Counted from the first letter of the stretch, positions 29,078-39,300 are shown. The stretch: 64,000 nt of DNA from an uncultured delta proteobacterium (GCA_963782055.1 CAWAIF010000003.1:1888001-1952000), one strand, 5' to 3'. Numbers and translations: made by a program. The notes: a model not told the origin generated them from the letters alone.

Positions 29078-30139
29078 TCAAGCGAATACGCGCTGGAAGA
29101 ACCACGCCATGCCGGCGATGACCAGCGCCAGGCTGGCGATCTTGGTGCCGGTGGTGCGCGCCCACGCGTTCTTGCGGGCGCGGTAGATGAGCGGGAGCAT
29201 CGCCGCGACCACCAGGAGCTGCCCGATCTCCACGCCGGAGTTGAAGGCGAAGAGGGCCGCGGGGATCTGGGGGCGCGGCAGGTGCAGGTCGACCAGGCCG
29301 CCGGCGAAGCCGAAGCCGTGGACGAGGCCGAAGGGGAAGGTGATGCGCCAGCGCCTGTCCGGGGCGAGATCGAAGACGTCCTCCACGCCCACGTAGACGA
29401 TGGACAGCGCGATGAGGGGCTCGACGATGCCCGAGCGGACGGAGAAGATGCCGAGCACCGCCACGCCCAGGCTGATGGAGTGGGCGATGGTGAAGGCGGT
29501 GATGGTGGCGACGAGATCCCGCAGGCGCCCGCCGAGGAGCAGGACGCCGAAGAGGAAGGCGAGGTGGTCGTAGCCGGTGAGGATGTGCAGCACGCCGGTG
29601 CGGATCATCCCCAGGAAGGAGGCGCTCGCGGTGACGTTGCCCGCGGTGGCGACGTGGTTGCCGAGGGTCGCGAGGAAGGTGTGGTCCTTGCCGTCCGCGC
29701 CGGTGATGGTGGCGAGGTGGCGGTGGCCCGCGGGGAAGCGGGAGACGAAGGCGAAGTCGAAGGAGAGGCCGCCCGCCGGACCGTCGCACGCGTAGTCGGC
29801 GTCGACGGTGACGGCGTCGCCCTGGCCGAGCTTCGCGTCGCGCAGCGCGCCCTCGCACGCCTTGCCCGCGGCGCGGACGTGGACGCCGTCCACCAGCTCG
29901 CGCCCGAGGACGTCGTGGTCGGCGTCGAGCTCGGCCTGCGAGAGGCGCCCGTCGTGGTCGGCGTCCAGGTCGGGCATCGCGGTGGCGAGCGCGGCCTCGG
30001 CGAAGACGAGGGAGGCGTGGACGGTGGCGCCCTCCACGCGGTACGTCCCCTGCGAGAGGTCCACCTGGTGCGCGCTCGCGACGCGCGCGAGGGAGAGCAC
30101 GAGGAGGGTGACGAGGAAGGGGAGGAGAACGCGCTTCAC
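29078..30139 (-). CDS. HupE/UreJ-family membrane protein with N-terminal extracytoplasmic domain
   Basis: Signal ending ASAH, EF-hand-like DADHDGRLSQAE, HILTGYDHLAFL, TAFTIAHSI, FGLVHGFGFA and FNSGVEIGQ. Confidence 0.9.
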   Translation of the reverse strand: MKRVLLPFLVTLLVLSLARVASAHQVDLSQGTYRVEGATVHASLVFAEAALATAMPDLDADHDGRLSQAELDADHDVLGRELVDGVHVRAAGKACEGALRDAKLGQGDAVTVDADYACDGPAGGLSFDFAFVSRFPAGHRHLATITGADGKDHTFLATLGNHVATAGNVTASASFLGMIRTGVLHILTGYDHLAFLFGVLLLGGRLRDLVATITAFTIAHSISLGVAVLGIFSVRSGIVEPLIALSIVYVGVEDVFDLAPDRRWRITFPFGLVHGFGFAGGLVDLHLPRPQIPAALFAFNSGVEIGQLLVVAAMLPLIYRARKNAWARTTGTKIASLALVIAGMAWFFQRVFA

Positions 30140-31410
30140 GTTCCGGCGTCGGGGCAGCCGGCGAGGGTCGTCTTCAGCTCGGTGCGGAAGGCGTCCGTCG
30201 CATACTTCAGCGTGTGCCCGTCTCGCGCCGCGGCGCAAGCCTCATCGTGATCGCCGGCGGCCAGGGCGGCGCTCAGCTCCAGCTCGAGCGCCGTCTCGGT
30301 GTGGCGCACCTTGGCGTTCTGCTTCGCCAGCACGAGCGCGCGCTTCGCGTCGGCGCCGACGCCGAGGTAGAACGCCGCGGCGTGGTTGGCGAACGCGGCA
30401 GGGTGCTTCACCAGCAGCTCTTCGTAGCGGGCGCGCGCGCGGTCGATGGCGGTCTTCGCCTCCGCCGTTCGCCCGACGCGACGCAGGGCGTCGCCGTACG
30501 CCGCGTCCACCTCCGGATCATCGGTCTTGCCGACCAGCGGCTGGAGCAGGGTCACCGCGTCCTGCGCCGTGTCCATCATGGCGAGGTGGACGGCGGCGTG
30601 CGGGAAGCCCGGCAGCGCGTGGTGGGCCTCCTCGTAGTAGAGCTTGGCGCGGACGCGGTCGCCGTGGCGCTCCAGGAGGTAGCCGCGCTGGAAGTCCATC
30701 CACGCCAGCGCGAAGGGGGAGGGATCGCGCTGGTGGGCGCGGGCGAGCTCGAAGAGGCGGTCGGACTCGGCGGCCTTGCCCATCTCGCCGGCGAGCATGG
30801 CGGCGCCGACGAAGCCGGCGGGCTTGAGGACGGCCTCGTCCTTCCAGACACCGGTCGCCTCCGCCTCGTCGTAGCGGCCGGTGGCGAGGTAGGCGGTCGC
30901 GCGGACCGTCGCGACCGACGACGGGTCGGCGCCGAGCTTCTGCGCGAGGTCGAGCTCGGCCAGCTCCGCGTCGAACTGGTGAAAGGTGCCGAGGGTGCCG
31001 GCGCGCGCCAGGTGGGCGTCGCCCTCCTTGGGCATGCGCTTCACCAGGTCGTCGGCGAGGGCGGCGGCGTGCTCGTAGTCGGCGATGCTGCCGACGAACT
31101 GCCCGCGGGAGAGGACGAAGTCGATGAGGGTCTTCTGGACCTTGACGTCCCCCGGGTGGTCCTTCGCGAGGCCCTCCCGCACCCGGATCTGGCCGTTCAG
31201 GTTGCCCAGGGCGATGCCCGGGTCGGTCGTGTGGGGGGTGTGGAGGGCCGAGGGCGCGGACGTCGGATCGCCAGCAAGCTTGCGGTCCGACGCCGACGCC
31301 GCGGAAGAGGAGCCCGCGGGCGCCTGCGAGGGGTCAGGCGCCTGGCGGGAGCAGGCTGCGAGCGCGACGATGGCCGCCGCGCCCGCGAGTCCTGCGAGTC
31401 GCGCACGCAT
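30136..31410 (-). CDS. TPR-like helical lipoprotein
   Basis: Lipobox LAAC and Ala-rich helical repeats; overlaps both neighbours. Confidence 0.8.
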   Translation of the reverse strand: MRARLAGLAGAAAIVALAACSRQAPDPSQAPAGSSSAASASDRKLAGDPTSAPSALHTPHTTDPGIALGNLNGQIRVREGLAKDHPGDVKVQKTLIDFVLSRGQFVGSIADYEHAAALADDLVKRMPKEGDAHLARAGTLGTFHQFDAELAELDLAQKLGADPSSVATVRATAYLATGRYDEAEATGVWKDEAVLKPAGFVGAAMLAGEMGKAAESDRLFELARAHQRDPSPFALAWMDFQRGYLLERHGDRVRAKLYYEEAHHALPGFPHAAVHLAMMDTAQDAVTLLQPLVGKTDDPEVDAAYGDALRRVGRTAEAKTAIDRARARYEELLVKHPAAFANHAAAFYLGVGADAKRALVLAKQNAKVRHTETALELELSAALAAGDHDEACAAARDGHTLKYATDAFRTELKTTLAGCPDAGT

Positions 31411-32102
31411 CACTGCGGCGCGGCGAGGTACGGGAAGGTCGTCCCCTTGGTCTTGGCGGGGGCGTCGATGGTGTCACCGAAGCCCGTCGGCGCACCCAGC
31501 GCGGTCGCCGAGTACGTCGTGTCGATGACGTCGTAGTCCAGCTTGCGACCGCCGCAGTCGGTGTTGGTGATGCCCAGCGCGTTGAGCTCCACCGCCAGGT
31601 ACTCGGTGCAGGTGGTGGAGTCGGTGTTGATCCACATGCGGTCGTCGGCGAGAACGCCGGCGAGCGGCAGGTAACGGCCGGCGCCCGCGTCCTTGTCGGC
31701 GAGGAGCTGGTTGCCGCAGTTGGAGTCGAGGGCGTCCAGGATGGCGAGGTTCTTGGCCAGCTCCGGCGCCCACTTGGTGGCCCATCCGCTGGAGTTGTTG
31801 TCGGCGTTGTAGGAGTCCTTCGAGGCGCCGGCCTCCGCGGAGTTGGGGTCGAAGGTGTGGTTGAGCGCGGTGTTGACCGCAGGCCGGCCGAAGCGGTCGA
31901 TCTGGGTGCCCAGGGTGGGCGGGGTGATCCCGCCGTCGCCGCCGCCGTCGCTGCTGACGACGTCCGGACCGGAGTCGGTCGCGGTGACGTCGGGGCCGGC
32001 GTCGCTGGCGTTGTTGTTGTCGTCGCCGCTGCAGCCGACGAGGACGGAGCCGCCGAAGGCGGCGGTGAGGGCGAAGAGAGCCAGTGCGTGGGTGGTCTTC
32101 AT
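31410..32102 (-). CDS. DUF4331-family lipoprotein (C-terminal half of the family motifs)
   Basis: Lipobox LVGC; QIDRFGRPAVN, GGRKLDYDVID and FPYLAAP. Confidence 0.8.
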   Translation of the reverse strand: MKTTHALALFALTAAFGGSVLVGCSGDDNNNASDAGPDVTATDSGPDVVSSDGGGDGGITPPTLGTQIDRFGRPAVNTALNHTFDPNSAEAGASKDSYNADNNSSGWATKWAPELAKNLAILDALDSNCGNQLLADKDAGAGRYLPLAGVLADDRMWINTDSTTCTEYLAVELNALGITNTDCGGRKLDYDVIDTTYSATALGAPTGFGDTIDAPAKTKGTTFPYLAAPQ

Positions 32103-32116
32103 GGTGGGCCTCCTCG

Positions 32117-32833
32117 TCACGGCTTGTTGTAGGTGGCGGCCCAGGCGGCGACCGCGCTGCCGCCCTTGGTGACGAGCGACTTGTCGACCGACACCACGAT
32201 GGCGAGCGAGTTGAGGTTGGCGAAGAAGTCGGCGGGGGCGCCGCCGTCGCTCGCGTGCTGGAGCTGATCGCGCAGCGCCTTGGAGGTGCCGGCGTTGAGG
32301 GTGGGGCACCCCGCGGTGTCGAAGGTGAGGCTCCCGGCTGCGCCCTCCACCGCCTTCACCGTGGCCTGGAAGCCGTCCAGGTTGAAGAAGAAGGGATCCG
32401 CCCGGACGCCGGCGAAGACCTTGACCTTGCCGTCGGTGCTGGAGAGGCCCGTCGTCGCGCTGGCGTCGCCCGTGACCATCTCGTCGGTGCCGACCCAGCA
32501 GGAGATCTTCTGCGCCACATCGAAGGTGCAGATGATGTCCTCGTCGGCGGTCGTCGCACCGAACTTCTTGCCGCTGCTGGTGTGAAAGACGTACTGCACG
32601 CTGTCGGAGAACTTGGCCGAGGTCTTGTCCGCAGCGGGCAGGACGGTCATCGCGAGGACGAGGTTGCTGCCGTCCATCCACGCGTACATGTCGTTGATGT
32701 CCGCGGTGGGCTCGTTGACGACGGCCGGCGAGTCGAGGTGGTCGGCGGACTGCGCCATGCGCGAGAAGCCGAGCACCGAGGCGATGCAAGCGGCGCCGGC
32801 GGCCGCCGCCCATCCGAAGGTCTTACGTTTCAT
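32117..32833 (-). CDS. DUF4331-family secreted protein (N-terminal half of the family motifs)
   Basis: Signal peptide, then ADHLDSP, DINDMYAW and VFAGVRADPFFFNL. Confidence 0.85.
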   Translation of the reverse strand: MKRKTFGWAAAAGAACIASVLGFSRMAQSADHLDSPAVVNEPTADINDMYAWMDGSNLVLAMTVLPAADKTSAKFSDSVQYVFHTSSGKKFGATTADEDIICTFDVAQKISCWVGTDEMVTGDASATTGLSSTDGKVKVFAGVRADPFFFNLDGFQATVKAVEGAAGSLTFDTAGCPTLNAGTSKALRDQLQHASDGGAPADFFANLNSLAIVVSVDKSLVTKGGSAVAAWAATYNKP

Positions 32834-32917
32834 GAAGAGGCCCTTCCCCGTAGCTGCCGGAGGCACTACGCCGCCGGTCGTGCGGGACTACGCGCCGGGG
32901 GGGCCACCGGATCGCCG

Positions 32918-33658
32918 CTAGGGGTTGCCTTCTCGTCGCCAGGCCGGCGTTTCTTCGTCGCGGGGGCGGCCGATGAGGAGCTCGTGGGGCGAAAAGCCCG
33001 CCTTGTAGTGGAGGGAGGGGCAATCGAGTACGCGGTAGCCGAGGTAGACGTGGGGCTGCCCGCCCGCGCGCGCTTCGTCGAGGAGCGTGAGCACGTTGGC
33101 GATGCCGAGCGACTCGTGGCGGAGGGCGGGGTCGTAGAAGAAGTAGGCTGCGCTGAGGGAGCGCGGGGTCTCGTCGAAGAGGCCCACGCCGACCAGTCGT
33201 CCACCGTCGGCGTCGTCGTAGAAGGCGGCCTCGCGCGCGCACGGATGAGGGAAGGCGAAGTCCAGCGCGTAGCGCTCGCCGTCGATGGGGCTCGGCTCCC
33301 AGCCGCGGCCGGCCTCGCGCGAGGCGTGCCAGCGCTGGTAGAGGTTCATCCGCTCGCGGTCGACCTGCGGGCGCGAGACGACGCGGCGAAGTCGCGCCGC
33401 CCGACGCCCGGCGCGCCGCTGGCTGCGGGTGGGGGTGAAGCTCGCCACCGGCACGCGCAGGGTGACGCACTCCCCGCACGGCGCGCACACCGGCCGGAAG
33501 TAGCACGGACCGAAGCGCCTCCAGCCGCGCTCGAGCATGGCGTCGAGCTCGCCGGCGGTGACGTCGAGCATGATGCGCACCTCGAGCGAGGACTGCCGGT
33601 CCGGCAGGTACGCGCACGCATGCGGCTTCTCGATGATGCGCTGGAGCAGGCGCGCCAC
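32918..33658 (-). CDS. ate: Arginyl-tRNA-protein transferase-like (Ate/Bpt family)
   Basis: HACAYLP, GWRRFG...FRPVC..C.EC, SAAYFFYDP and HVYLGY...YKA; start may instead be at 33676. Confidence 0.9.
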   Translation of the reverse strand: MARLLQRIIEKPHACAYLPDRQSSLEVRIMLDVTAGELDAMLERGWRRFGPCYFRPVCAPCGECVTLRVPVASFTPTRSQRRAGRRAARLRRVVSRPQVDRERMNLYQRWHASREAGRGWEPSPIDGERYALDFAFPHPCAREAAFYDDADGGRLVGVGLFDETPRSLSAAYFFYDPALRHESLGIANVLTLLDEARAGGQPHVYLGYRVLDCPSLHYKAGFSPHELLIGRPRDEETPAWRREGNP

Positions 33659-33720
33659 CCCCCCATCACGACCCATTTCTCCCCCGCGCGCAACCCGCGC
33701 GCACATGTTACAGCACGGGG

Positions 33721-35280
33721 ATGCGGCTCGGACGGCGCGCGGTGCTCCAGTCGGCCGTCGGCGCGGCTCTCGCCGGCTGCGCCGGCAGGCCGTCGCGAGT
33801 CGCCCCACCGCGGGCGCCGGAGGTGCCTTTCGGGGTGCAAACGGGGGAGGTGACCCCCGGCCGGGCGGTGGTGTGGAGCCGCGCGGACCGCGACGCGCGG
33901 ATGGTGGTGGAGTGGTCGCTGCGCGAAGATTTTGCCAATCCGCGGCGTGTCGAGGGGCTGCGCGTCACCGCCGACACCGACTTCACCGGGCACCTGCTCC
34001 TGGAGGGCCTCCCCGACGCAGCGCGCATCCACTACCGCGTCGTGTTCGACGACGCCGGCCGGCAGAGCGAGCGCGTCGTCGGCAGCTTCCGCAGCGCCCC
34101 GCGCGCGGGCGAGACGGTCACCTTCGCGTGGAGCGCCGACACGTGCGGTCAAGGCTTCGGGATCGACCGCGCCCGTGGCGGCTTCCGCATCTACGACACC
34201 ATCCTGCGGCAGGAGCCCGACTTCTTCGTTCACGCCGGAGACCTGATCTACGCCGACTCCCCCGTCCTGCCGGAGATGAAGCTGGACGACGGCACGGTGC
34301 TGCGGCACGTGGTCACGCCCGCGAAGTCCAAGGTGGCGGAGACGCAGGACGAGTTTCGCGGGCAGTTCCAGTACAACCTGCTGGACGACAACGTGCGCCG
34401 GATGAACGCGCGGGTCGCGCAGCTCGTGATGTGGGACGACCACGAGACGCACAACAACTGGTTCCCCGGCCAGCTCCTGGACGACGCCCGCTACACGGAG
34501 AAGCGCGCCAGCGTGCTCGCCGCGCGCGCGAGGCGGGCGATGTTCGAGTACACCCCCATCGTCTCGGCCTCGCCCGCCGAGCGCGAGCGCGTCTACCGGC
34601 ACATCCCCTACGGCCCGCGCCTGGACGTCTTCCTGCTCGACGAGCGGAGCTACCGCGGCAAGAACACGCGAGGCCTGGAGGACGCTGGCGATCCCGACGC
34701 CGCCTTCCTCGGGCGCACGCAGCTCGCGTGGCTGAAGGAGGCGCTCGTGGCCTCGCGCACCACCTGGAAGGTCGTCGTGACCGACATGCCCCTCGCGCTC
34801 GTCGTGACCGACGCTCGCAAGGACGCCCCTCACGCGATGGAGGCGTGGGCCAACGGCGACGACGGCCCGCCACGCGGCCGCGAGCACGAGCTGGCCGACC
34901 TCCTCGCGCACCTCAAGGCGCACGGCGTCCGCGGCGTCGTCTTCCTCACGGCGGACGTCCACTACTGCGCCGCCCACCGTTTCGACCCCTCGCGCGCCGT
35001 GTTCAAGGACTTCGACGCCTTCCACGAGTTCGTCGCCGGCCCGATGCAGGCGGGTACCTTCGGCCCCAACGATCTGGACCCCACCTTCGGCCCGGAGGTC
35101 CTCTTCCAGAAGGCGCCGCCGAAGGGCAAGGCGAACCTCGCCCCCATTTTAGGCATGCAGTTCTTCGGCACCGTCCGCATCGACGGCATCACCGGCACGA
35201 TGACCGTCGCCCTCTGGGACGTCGCAGGCACCAAGCTCTACGAGATCGAGCTCGAGGCGCCGCGCCAGAACCCGGCTTGA
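33721..35280 (+). CDS. phoD: Alkaline phosphatase D
   Basis: Twin-Arg signal (GRRAVL), GVQTGEV, HAGDLIYAD, WDDHE, LDERSYR and LTADVHY. Confidence 0.93.
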   Translation: MRLGRRAVLQSAVGAALAGCAGRPSRVAPPRAPEVPFGVQTGEVTPGRAVVWSRADRDARMVVEWSLREDFANPRRVEGLRVTADTDFTGHLLLEGLPDAARIHYRVVFDDAGRQSERVVGSFRSAPRAGETVTFAWSADTCGQGFGIDRARGGFRIYDTILRQEPDFFVHAGDLIYADSPVLPEMKLDDGTVLRHVVTPAKSKVAETQDEFRGQFQYNLLDDNVRRMNARVAQLVMWDDHETHNNWFPGQLLDDARYTEKRASVLAARARRAMFEYTPIVSASPAERERVYRHIPYGPRLDVFLLDERSYRGKNTRGLEDAGDPDAAFLGRTQLAWLKEALVASRTTWKVVVTDMPLALVVTDARKDAPHAMEAWANGDDGPPRGREHELADLLAHLKAHGVRGVVFLTADVHYCAAHRFDPSRAVFKDFDAFHEFVAGPMQAGTFGPNDLDPTFGPEVLFQKAPPKGKANLAPILGMQFFGTVRIDGITGTMTVALWDVAGTKLYEIELEAPRQNPA

Positions 35281-35350
35281 CGGCCTGACTCGGGTCGTAG
35301 ATGCTGGCTGGCTCGGCCCGCCGTGTCGCGCGGGCCCTCTTGCACAGGGG

Positions 35351-36604
35351 ATGACCATCATGAAGATCGAGCACAACGGGCCCAAGGCACTCGGCGCGGG
35401 CGTCGCGCTGGCCCTCGCCACCTGGCTCGCCACGAGCCTCGGCGCCTGCAGCAGCGACACCCCGGCCGCGACGGTGGACTCCGGGCCGAGCTGCGGCTCG
35501 GGGAGCCAGCTCTGCGGGGAGTCGTGCACTCCCGTGGCGCGCGACCCCGAGAACTGCGGCGCCTGCGGGAAGGCGTGCGCGGCCGGCGAGGTGTGCTCGC
35601 AGGGGACCTGCGCGCTCGGCTGCGGCGGCGGGACGACCGAGTGCGGTGGCGTCTGCGCCGACACCAACAGCGACCCGACCAACTGCGGCGCCTGTGGCAC
35701 CAAGTGCAAAGGCGGGGAGGTGTGCTCGCAGGGTCAGTGCACAGCGACGTGCGCCGACACCGAACAGGCGTGCGGCCAGTCTTGTGTGGACACCCAGACG
35801 GATCGCACAAACTGCGGCGGCTGCGGCGCCATGTGCGGCGATGGTGAGATCTGCGTCGCCGGCAAGTGCGCGCTCTCCTGCCAGCAGGGGCTCACGCTCT
35901 GCTCCGCCCAGGTCGGCGACGGCGGCGTGAACGACGCCTCGGTGGACGCGGCCGACGCGTCGAGCGACGGCGGCCTCGGCGTCCCCTACTGCGCCAACCT
36001 CCAGACGGACAACGCCAACTGCGGCGGCTGCGGCGTCGCGTGCGGCCCCGGCGAGACGTGCTCCGCCGGCGCGTGCACCACGACGTGCCAGCCCAACGAG
36101 ACGCTTTGCACGCCCGACGGCGGCGCCCCGTACTGTGCCACCACCGACAGCGACAACAAGAACTGCGGCGGCTGCGGCAACACCTGCCCCGCAGGGCAGA
36201 CGTGCTCCTCCGGCACGTGCGTGACCGGTAGCTGCGCGGTGGCCAACGGCATGACCTGGTGCTTCAACCCCGCCGCGTGCGGCCAGGCCTGTGACGCCGT
36301 GTGCAAGTCCCTCGGGCTGACGCTGGAGAGCGACACGACCGCCTGGTTCAACGCGCAGAACACCCAGCAGCTCTGCAAGAACATCTCGGAGGCGCTGGGC
36401 CTGGGGAGCGCGGTGAACTTCAGCGGGTACAGCTATGCCTGCCTCGAGGACTCCTACGGCACCCACGCGCAGGGTGGCGGCCTGAACGGGACAATCTACT
36501 GCTCGAGCTCGACCACGTGCCCCGCCGCCCACGTGAACGTCATGGATCAGGGGGGCGTGGCTTGCGGTACCACCTCGCGGCGATCCGTCTGTCCCTGCAA
36601 GTAG
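35351..36604 (+). CDS. Cys-rich repeat lipoprotein (Stig1/MXAN_6577-like repeats)
   Basis: Lipobox LGAC; five D..NCG.CG..C..G..C..G.C repeats. Confidence 0.85.
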   Translation: MTIMKIEHNGPKALGAGVALALATWLATSLGACSSDTPAATVDSGPSCGSGSQLCGESCTPVARDPENCGACGKACAAGEVCSQGTCALGCGGGTTECGGVCADTNSDPTNCGACGTKCKGGEVCSQGQCTATCADTEQACGQSCVDTQTDRTNCGGCGAMCGDGEICVAGKCALSCQQGLTLCSAQVGDGGVNDASVDAADASSDGGLGVPYCANLQTDNANCGGCGVACGPGETCSAGACTTTCQPNETLCTPDGGAPYCATTDSDNKNCGGCGNTCPAGQTCSSGTCVTGSCAVANGMTWCFNPAACGQACDAVCKSLGLTLESDTTAWFNAQNTQQLCKNISEALGLGSAVNFSGYSYACLEDSYGTHAQGGGLNGTIYCSSSTTCPAAHVNVMDQGGVACGTTSRRSVCPCK

Positions 36605-36616
36605 CTTGTTCGTGGC

Positions 36617-36647
36617 GAGGGCGGCCTCCCTTCGCGGGGCCGCCCTC
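36617..36647. terminator. Hairpin between convergent genes
   Basis: GAGGGCGGCC...GGCCGCCCTC stem. Confidence 0.45.
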
Positions 36648-36667
36648 CGCCGGGTTCCGCGCCTCGC

Positions 36668-37119
36668 TCAGTTGGAGAGCGCGCAGACGCCGGCGTCCCC
36701 GCAGACGGCCGTCTTGCCTGCGCACGGGTCGTTCAGGCAGGTGACCTGCTGGCCGTTGCACGTTGGGTCGGGATCGCTCGCGCCGAGGGCGTAGCACGTG
36801 CACGGCTCGAGCAGCTTGTCGCTGCAGTAGCTGGAGAAGGTGCGGCAGCCGCCGCCGTCACCGCAAGCGGAGGGCGGCAGCGAGGCGTCGCCCGCGGCGT
36901 CGTCCGCCGCGTCGGCGACCCCCGCGTCCTGCGAGGCGTCGGCCCCCGCGTCCGACGCCGCCTCGGCCGCGCCGTCGGACGGCTCAGACACATCCCCGGC
37001 CGTGGCGTCCTGGGCGCGTCCGGCCCGTACGTGATGTCGTCCCCCGTGCAAGCGACGAGGAGCAGGGAAGACCCGACAGCAATGAGGCCAGCGCCGGGAC
37101 GAACTGCGCGCGATAGCAT
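36668..37119 (-). pseudogene. Small Cys-rich lipoprotein with an apparent 1-bp frameshift
   Basis: Lipobox LVAC-TGDDITYGPDA in one frame continues as QDATAGD...DAG-rich linker + Cys domain in another frame near 37013. Confidence 0.65.
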
Positions 37120-37194
37120 GGCTCGAGCGTACCCCGACCGGCACCCGCCGTCCTGCCCTGCTCGCGCCCGGGCGGCGTGCTACATACGACCCCG

Positions 37195-38355
37195 ATGCGC
37201 CGCACCCTCGTCGTCGGGGACCTGCACCTGAGCGCGCACACGCCCCGCGCCGTCGCCGCGGACTTCGCCGCGCTGCTCCGAGCCAGCGCGGGGGCCCGCG
37301 TCGTCATCGCCGGCGACTTCTTCGACCTCTCCGCCGAGACGCCCCGCGTCTCCGCCGACCGCGCCATCGAGACCGGCTTCGGCGCCCACGGAGAGCTCCG
37401 CCGCGCCCTCGCCGAGCACGTGGACGCCGGAGGCGAGCTCGCCTGGCTCGCGGGCAACCACGATCCGGAGATGGGCGGCCGCGGCGCCAGCGAGCGGCTG
37501 CGTGGCGCGCTCGGCCTCGGCGAGGAGACCGCGTCCCGGCTGACCTCGTCGCCCTGGTTCTTGCGCGAGGGAGACCTGCACGTCGAGCACGGCCACCTCT
37601 ACGATCCGGACAACGCCCCCGAGCACCCGCTCGTGCCGCCGCGCGCCAGCCTGGGCGTCCACTTCGTGGAGGACTTCATCGCGCCCACCGGCGCCTACAG
37701 CTACCTCAACGCCAACGACGATACCCCCCTGCGCCTCCTCGTCCACGCCTTCCGCGCCTACGGCCCCCGCGGGCCGGAGGTCGTCGCGCGCTACTTCATG
37801 ACCGCCGCGCGCGCCCTCGCGCGGAGCGGCCCGCGCTTCGCCGGCGAGGGCGAGTGGGAGGCCGGCGAGGCCGAGCTCGACGCCTTCGTCGCGGGGGCCG
37901 GCGTCGACGCCGGCGTCGCCCGCGCGCTCCTGGACGAGCGCGCCACGCCCACCATGCGAAGCTTGCATAATACAATCGCCCGCCTCTACCTCGATCGCGT
38001 GGCGGGCACCGTCACCATCCTCGCCGGCCTGGCGACGCTCGCCGCCGGCCGCCGCCGCGCGGGCGCCGCCCTGGTGGGCCTCGGCGCCGTCGGCCTCGCC
38101 GCGAGCTGGTCGCGCGGACACGATCGCTACGGCGGCACCGTCGCCGCCCGGCTGGAGGACGGCGCGCTCCGCGTCGGTCGTGCGAGCGGCGCGTCCCTCG
38201 TGGTGATGGGCCACGCCCACGTCGCGACCCAGCGCGACGGCTACGCCAACACCGGCAGCTTCGCCTTCCCGCGCGGGGCCCCGGGGCGCCCCTACCTGGA
38301 AATCGAGGGCCCGCCGGAGCGCCCTCGCGCCGCCCGTCGCTTCTGGAGCGCGTAG
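37195..38355 (+). CDS. Calcineurin-like metallophosphoesterase with C-terminal TM hairpin
   Basis: GDLH, GDFFD, GNHD, EHGH, GHAH and NTGS. Confidence 0.88.
   Translation: MRRTLVVGDLHLSAHTPRAVAADFAALLRASAGARVVIAGDFFDLSAETPRVSADRAIETGFGAHGELRRALAEHVDAGGELAWLAGNHDPEMGGRGASERLRGALGLGEETASRLTSSPWFLREGDLHVEHGHLYDPDNAPEHPLVPPRASLGVHFVEDFIAPTGAYSYLNANDDTPLRLLVHAFRAYGPRGPEVVARYFMTAARALARSGPRFAGEGEWEAGEAELDAFVAGAGVDAGVARALLDERATPTMRSLHNTIARLYLDRVAGTVTILAGLATLAAGRRRAGAALVGLGAVGLAASWSRGHDRYGGTVAARLEDGALRVGRASGASLVVMGHAHVATQRDGYANTGSFAFPRGAPGRPYLEIEGPPERPRAARRFWSA
37963..37974 (+). repeat. Dispersed motif TTGCANAATACA, copy 3 (TTGCATAATACA)
   Basis: Exact match, read as TTG CAT AAT ACA (a different frame from copies 1, 4 and 5). 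Confidence 0.8.
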
Positions 38356-38373
38356 CGCGCGCGCGGGAGCCCG

Positions 38374-39300
38374 TCACGAGCTGCGCGGGTAGATCAGCAC
38401 GTACTCGTGCGGCCGAGGCCGGAACAGCACCGCCTTCCCGCCCAGCTTCGCGCCGTCGTAGTGGGCGTACCACTCCATCTTCTTCCACGAGTCCGTCGGC
38501 TCGATGAACTCCGGCACGTACGTGTCCAGCTCGGCGTACCGGCCGTGCGTGTATTCTGCAAGCTTCGGCCCGAAGGCCCAGGCGGCGCGCTCCGGCGGCG
38601 GGGCGAGGTCGTTGTGCAGCGCCCCGCCGTAGGTCACCACCACCTTGCCCGCGCCCGACGCCGCCGCGCGGTCGCGCGCGACCATCGCCTCGCTCTGCGT
38701 CGCCGTGAGCCGGGCGATGAGCGAGAGCGACGCGACGATGGCGTCCGCCCCCGCGTCGTTCACCGCGTCCATGTCCGCGCACGTCGGCCGGAGCAGGTCC
38801 GGGACGATCCCCAGCGCGTGCGCCGCGTTCCCCATCTGCACGTACTCATTCTGGTCCTGCGGCGCCTGCTTCGACGTGACCACCTTCTGCTTCTGCCGCA
38901 CCGCCTGCGTCTTCGCCTTGCATCCCTTCGGAGGCATCATCAGCTCGACCAGGAGGTCCGAGGCGCGCCCGTGAAGCAGGGGCAGCAGCGTCGTGGTGAA
39001 GCGCCTGGCCGACGACGCCACCTTCGCGCCCTTCTGCGCATGAGCTTCCCCCACCGACAGCACCTCCGGCTGCTCGTCCAGCACGGTCAGCAGCGCGTCC
39101 TGGGGCTTGTCGAACGCCAGGCAGCCGAGCTCCCCGCACGGAACGCCGCCGTGGGGGCCGGGCGCCGCCACGGCGGCGGACGACGCGGCCGGGCCGGCGG
39201 AGGCCGAGGCGCTCACCGTCGCCGGCGACGCCGCCCCGTCCTTCTTCCCGCACGAGAGCGCCAGCGCGACCGCGACCAGACCGACCGACCATCCCCGCAT
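38374..39300 (-). CDS. Lipoprotein, possibly ChaN/EreA/TIKI-like fold
   Basis: Lipobox ALSC; VGEAH, LLVE and YGGALH motifs. Confidence 0.65.
   Translation of the reverse strand: MRGWSVGLVAVALALSCGKKDGAASPATVSASASAGPAASSAAVAAPGPHGGVPCGELGCLAFDKPQDALLTVLDEQPEVLSVGEAHAQKGAKVASSARRFTTTLLPLLHGRASDLLVELMMPPKGCKAKTQAVRQKQKVVTSKQAPQDQNEYVQMGNAAHALGIVPDLLRPTCADMDAVNDAGADAIVASLSLIARLTATQSEAMVARDRAAASGAGKVVVTYGGALHNDLAPPPERAAWAFGPKLAEYTHGRYAELDTYVPEFIEPTDSWKKMEWYAHYDGAKLGGKAVLFRPRPHEYVLIYPRSS
38550..38561 (-). repeat. Dispersed motif TTGCANAATACA, copy 4 (minus strand TTGCAGAATACA)
   Basis: Plus strand reads TGTATTCTGCAA; read CTT GCA GAA TAC in the host gene. Confidence 0.8.

Noticed and set aside
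35351..36604. Repeated AACTGCGGCG units as a CRISPR array
   Set aside because: They are in-frame Cys-rich protein repeats, and there are no cas genes
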